In this document: positions 62,466-64,000 of the stretch, piece after piece
How positions within the stretch are numbered: the first letter of the stretch is position 1
Layout: every line of letters begins with the position of its first letter
Assembly: GCA_963811165.1 (NCBI GenBank)
Contig: CAWEQH010000010.1
Coordinates: forward strand, 32,001-96,000
Direction of reading: 5' to 3'
Origin: an uncultured Nitrospiraceae bacterium
Lineage (GTDB): Bacteria; Nitrospirota; Thermodesulfovibrionia; Thermodesulfovibrionales; UBA6898
Length of the DNA: 64,000 nt
Program-made: the position numbers and the translations under genes
Notes under the pieces: generated by a model
Database searches by the model: none
Told to the model about the DNA's origin: nothing
Seen by the model: the letters and a program-made list of their open reading frames with translations, nothing else

Positions 62466-63023
62466 ATGAAAAACTCACCCTTATTCCCGGGGCTTCTGCT
62501 GACCGGGCTAATCATTGGAAGCATGGTATTTTCGTGCAGTTCAGGAAAGTCGGCTGGAACCGACAAAGCAGCAGCGCCGGCGCAGATCAGGGTCTATTCC
62601 GCTGAAAAAGGGGGCTATGTCATGAGCGAAACTGTTGTTAAAACCAAAGAAGAGTGGAAAAAACTGTTAACACCCGAACAGTACTACATCCTGCGGGAGA
62701 AGGGGACTGAACGCGCCTATAGCGGAAAATACGCCGACAATCACGAGCATGGCATCTACCGCTGCGCAGCCTGCGGGCTCGACCTGTACAGATCTGAAGA
62801 CAAATACGAGTCGGGTACCGGCTGGCCGAGCTTTACGGCTCCGATCGCTCCTGAGAACATCATTACCAGACCGGATGATAGCTTTTTCACTCATCGCACA
62901 GAAGTGCTCTGTCGCCGCTGCAGCGGCCATCTCGGCCACGTCTTTAACGATGGCCCGAAACCGACCGGGCTTCGCTACTGCATGAATTCAGCTGCCCTGC
63001 AATTCGTGGCAACCAATAAATAG
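62466..63023 (+). CDS. msrB: Peptide-methionine (R)-S-oxide reductase, probable lipoprotein
   Basis: LREKGTE, CAAC, KYESGTGWPSF, CRRC, HLGHVF.DGP, RYCMNS; N-terminal hydrophobic stretch ending VFSC. Confidence 0.96.
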   Translation: MKNSPLFPGLLLTGLIIGSMVFSCSSGKSAGTDKAAAPAQIRVYSAEKGGYVMSETVVKTKEEWKKLLTPEQYYILREKGTERAYSGKYADNHEHGIYRCAACGLDLYRSEDKYESGTGWPSFTAPIAPENIITRPDDSFFTHRTEVLCRRCSGHLGHVFNDGPKPTGLRYCMNSAALQFVATNK

Positions 63024-63045
63024 GCCAGTATGGGGAGGAGATGCA

Positions 63046-63654
63046 ATGAAAATGCTTATTATCGCGATAACGGCACTGTCAGTCATACTCATCGCATTCA
63101 GCACGGTCATGGCTGCAACTAATCTTGAGAAAGCGACCTTCGCAGGCGGCTGCTTCTGGTGTATGGAGCACCCATTCGATGAGATTCCCGGCGTGGTTTC
63201 CGTCACATCCGGTTACACCGGAGGGCAGAAAAAGAATCCCACCTACGAAGAAGTCTCGGCCGGAGGGACAGGGCACGCCGAGTCGGTTGAGGTCGTCTAT
63301 GACCCGGCAAAGGTGACCTATGAGAAGCTGCTGAACGTCTTTTGGCACAACATCGACCCGACCACTAAGGACCGGCAATTCTGCGATTCCGGGCATCAGT
63401 ATCGAAGCGCAATCTTCTATCATAATGAGGAACAGCATAGGTTGGCGCTGCAGTCGAAGGCGCTGTTGGAAAAGAACAAGACCTTCAAAGAACCCGTCGT
63501 TACCGAGATTGTACAGGCCACAGAGTTCTACCCGGCCGAGGATTACCACCAGCACTATTATAAGAAAAATCCGATCCGTTACAAATTCTACCGTTTCAAC
63601 TGCGGTCGCGACAAGCGGCTCAAGGAACTGTGGGGTAGTGAGGCGGGTCATTGA
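63046..63654 (+). CDS. msrA: Peptide-methionine (S)-S-oxide reductase, exported
   Basis: Signal peptide; FAGGCFWC, SGYTGG, PTYEEV, GHAE, QYRSAIF, AEDYHQHYY. Confidence 0.97.
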   Translation: MKMLIIAITALSVILIAFSTVMAATNLEKATFAGGCFWCMEHPFDEIPGVVSVTSGYTGGQKKNPTYEEVSAGGTGHAESVEVVYDPAKVTYEKLLNVFWHNIDPTTKDRQFCDSGHQYRSAIFYHNEEQHRLALQSKALLEKNKTFKEPVVTEIVQATEFYPAEDYHQHYYKKNPIRYKFYRFNCGRDKRLKELWGSEAGH

Positions 63655-63691
63655 TTCCAATGAACAGCTCTCCTGTCCGGCGTGAGGCTTG

Positions 63692-64000
63692 ATGACTAAG
63701 AACATTGCAAAAAGGATAGCTGTTGTAGCCATCGTGGTCGGATTCGTAGCGCTCTTTAAGGTCCTTGGACTTGGACAGTATCTTACTCTCTCTTACGTCA
63801 AAGCGTCTCAGGCAAAATTGGCTGCCCTCTATGCAGATCACCGGCTCACGGTGATCGCCGCTTATATGATAATCTATATCCTTGTGACATCGTTATCGTT
63901 GCCTGGAGCGGCGGTAATGACCCTTGCGGGTGGAGCGCTTTTCGGATTGGGTATAGGGACCCTCGTCGTGTCTTTTGCGAGCACAATCGGCGCGACGTTG
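63692..64000 (+). CDS. TVP38/TMEM64 (DedA-like) membrane protein, 3' truncated
   Basis: Open frame to the window end: ...IYILVTSLSLPGAAVMTLAGGALFGLGIGTLVVSFASTIGATL. Confidence 0.85.
   Translation, partial: MTKNIAKRIAVVAIVVGFVALFKVLGLGQYLTLSYVKASQAKLAALYADHRLTVIAAYMIIYILVTSLSLPGAAVMTLAGGALFGLGIGTLVVSFASTIGATL

Overview
Bacterial chromosomal segment, mostly + strand. Gene content suggests a Nitrospirota/Desulfobacterota-like anaerobe (inference). From left to right: (1) a DUF202-like membrane gene, a two-component pair and a PEP-synthase-like protein; (2) a PAS kinase and sigma-54 activator upstream of a sigma-54 promoter, followed by a large chemotaxis cluster (CheY, RR, EAL, MCP-like, STAS, CheY, CheA, three MCP-CheW modules with a stand-alone binding protein and a stand-alone Cache protein, CheR, CheD, CheB); (3) NHEJ genes (DUF72, frameshifted LigD, Ku) separated by a pentaheme cytochrome c; (4) a tkt-tal-pgl-rpe operon whose rpe is interrupted by an IS1634-family element with a 6-bp target duplication; (5) a flavin reductase, an RRM protein and rpsU; (6) a hopanoid cluster (hpnM, N, J, K, DMT transporter, shc, hpnA, hpnH, CruF-like gene, hpnG, hpnI); (7) an exported methionine-sulfoxide repair island (OmpR-type two-component system, lipoprotein, YHS protein, Met-rich protein, MsrB, MsrA, DedA/TVP38). 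The top finding is a 101-codon exported ORF missing from the ORF track (60716-61021). Its in-frame UGA is followed by a SECIS-like hairpin and aligns without gaps to the catalytic Cys of the neighbouring MsrA, making it a candidate mini-MsrA/HMA-fold selenoprotein. No rRNA, tRNA or CRISPR array was seen. Three single-base frameshifts may be sequencing errors.
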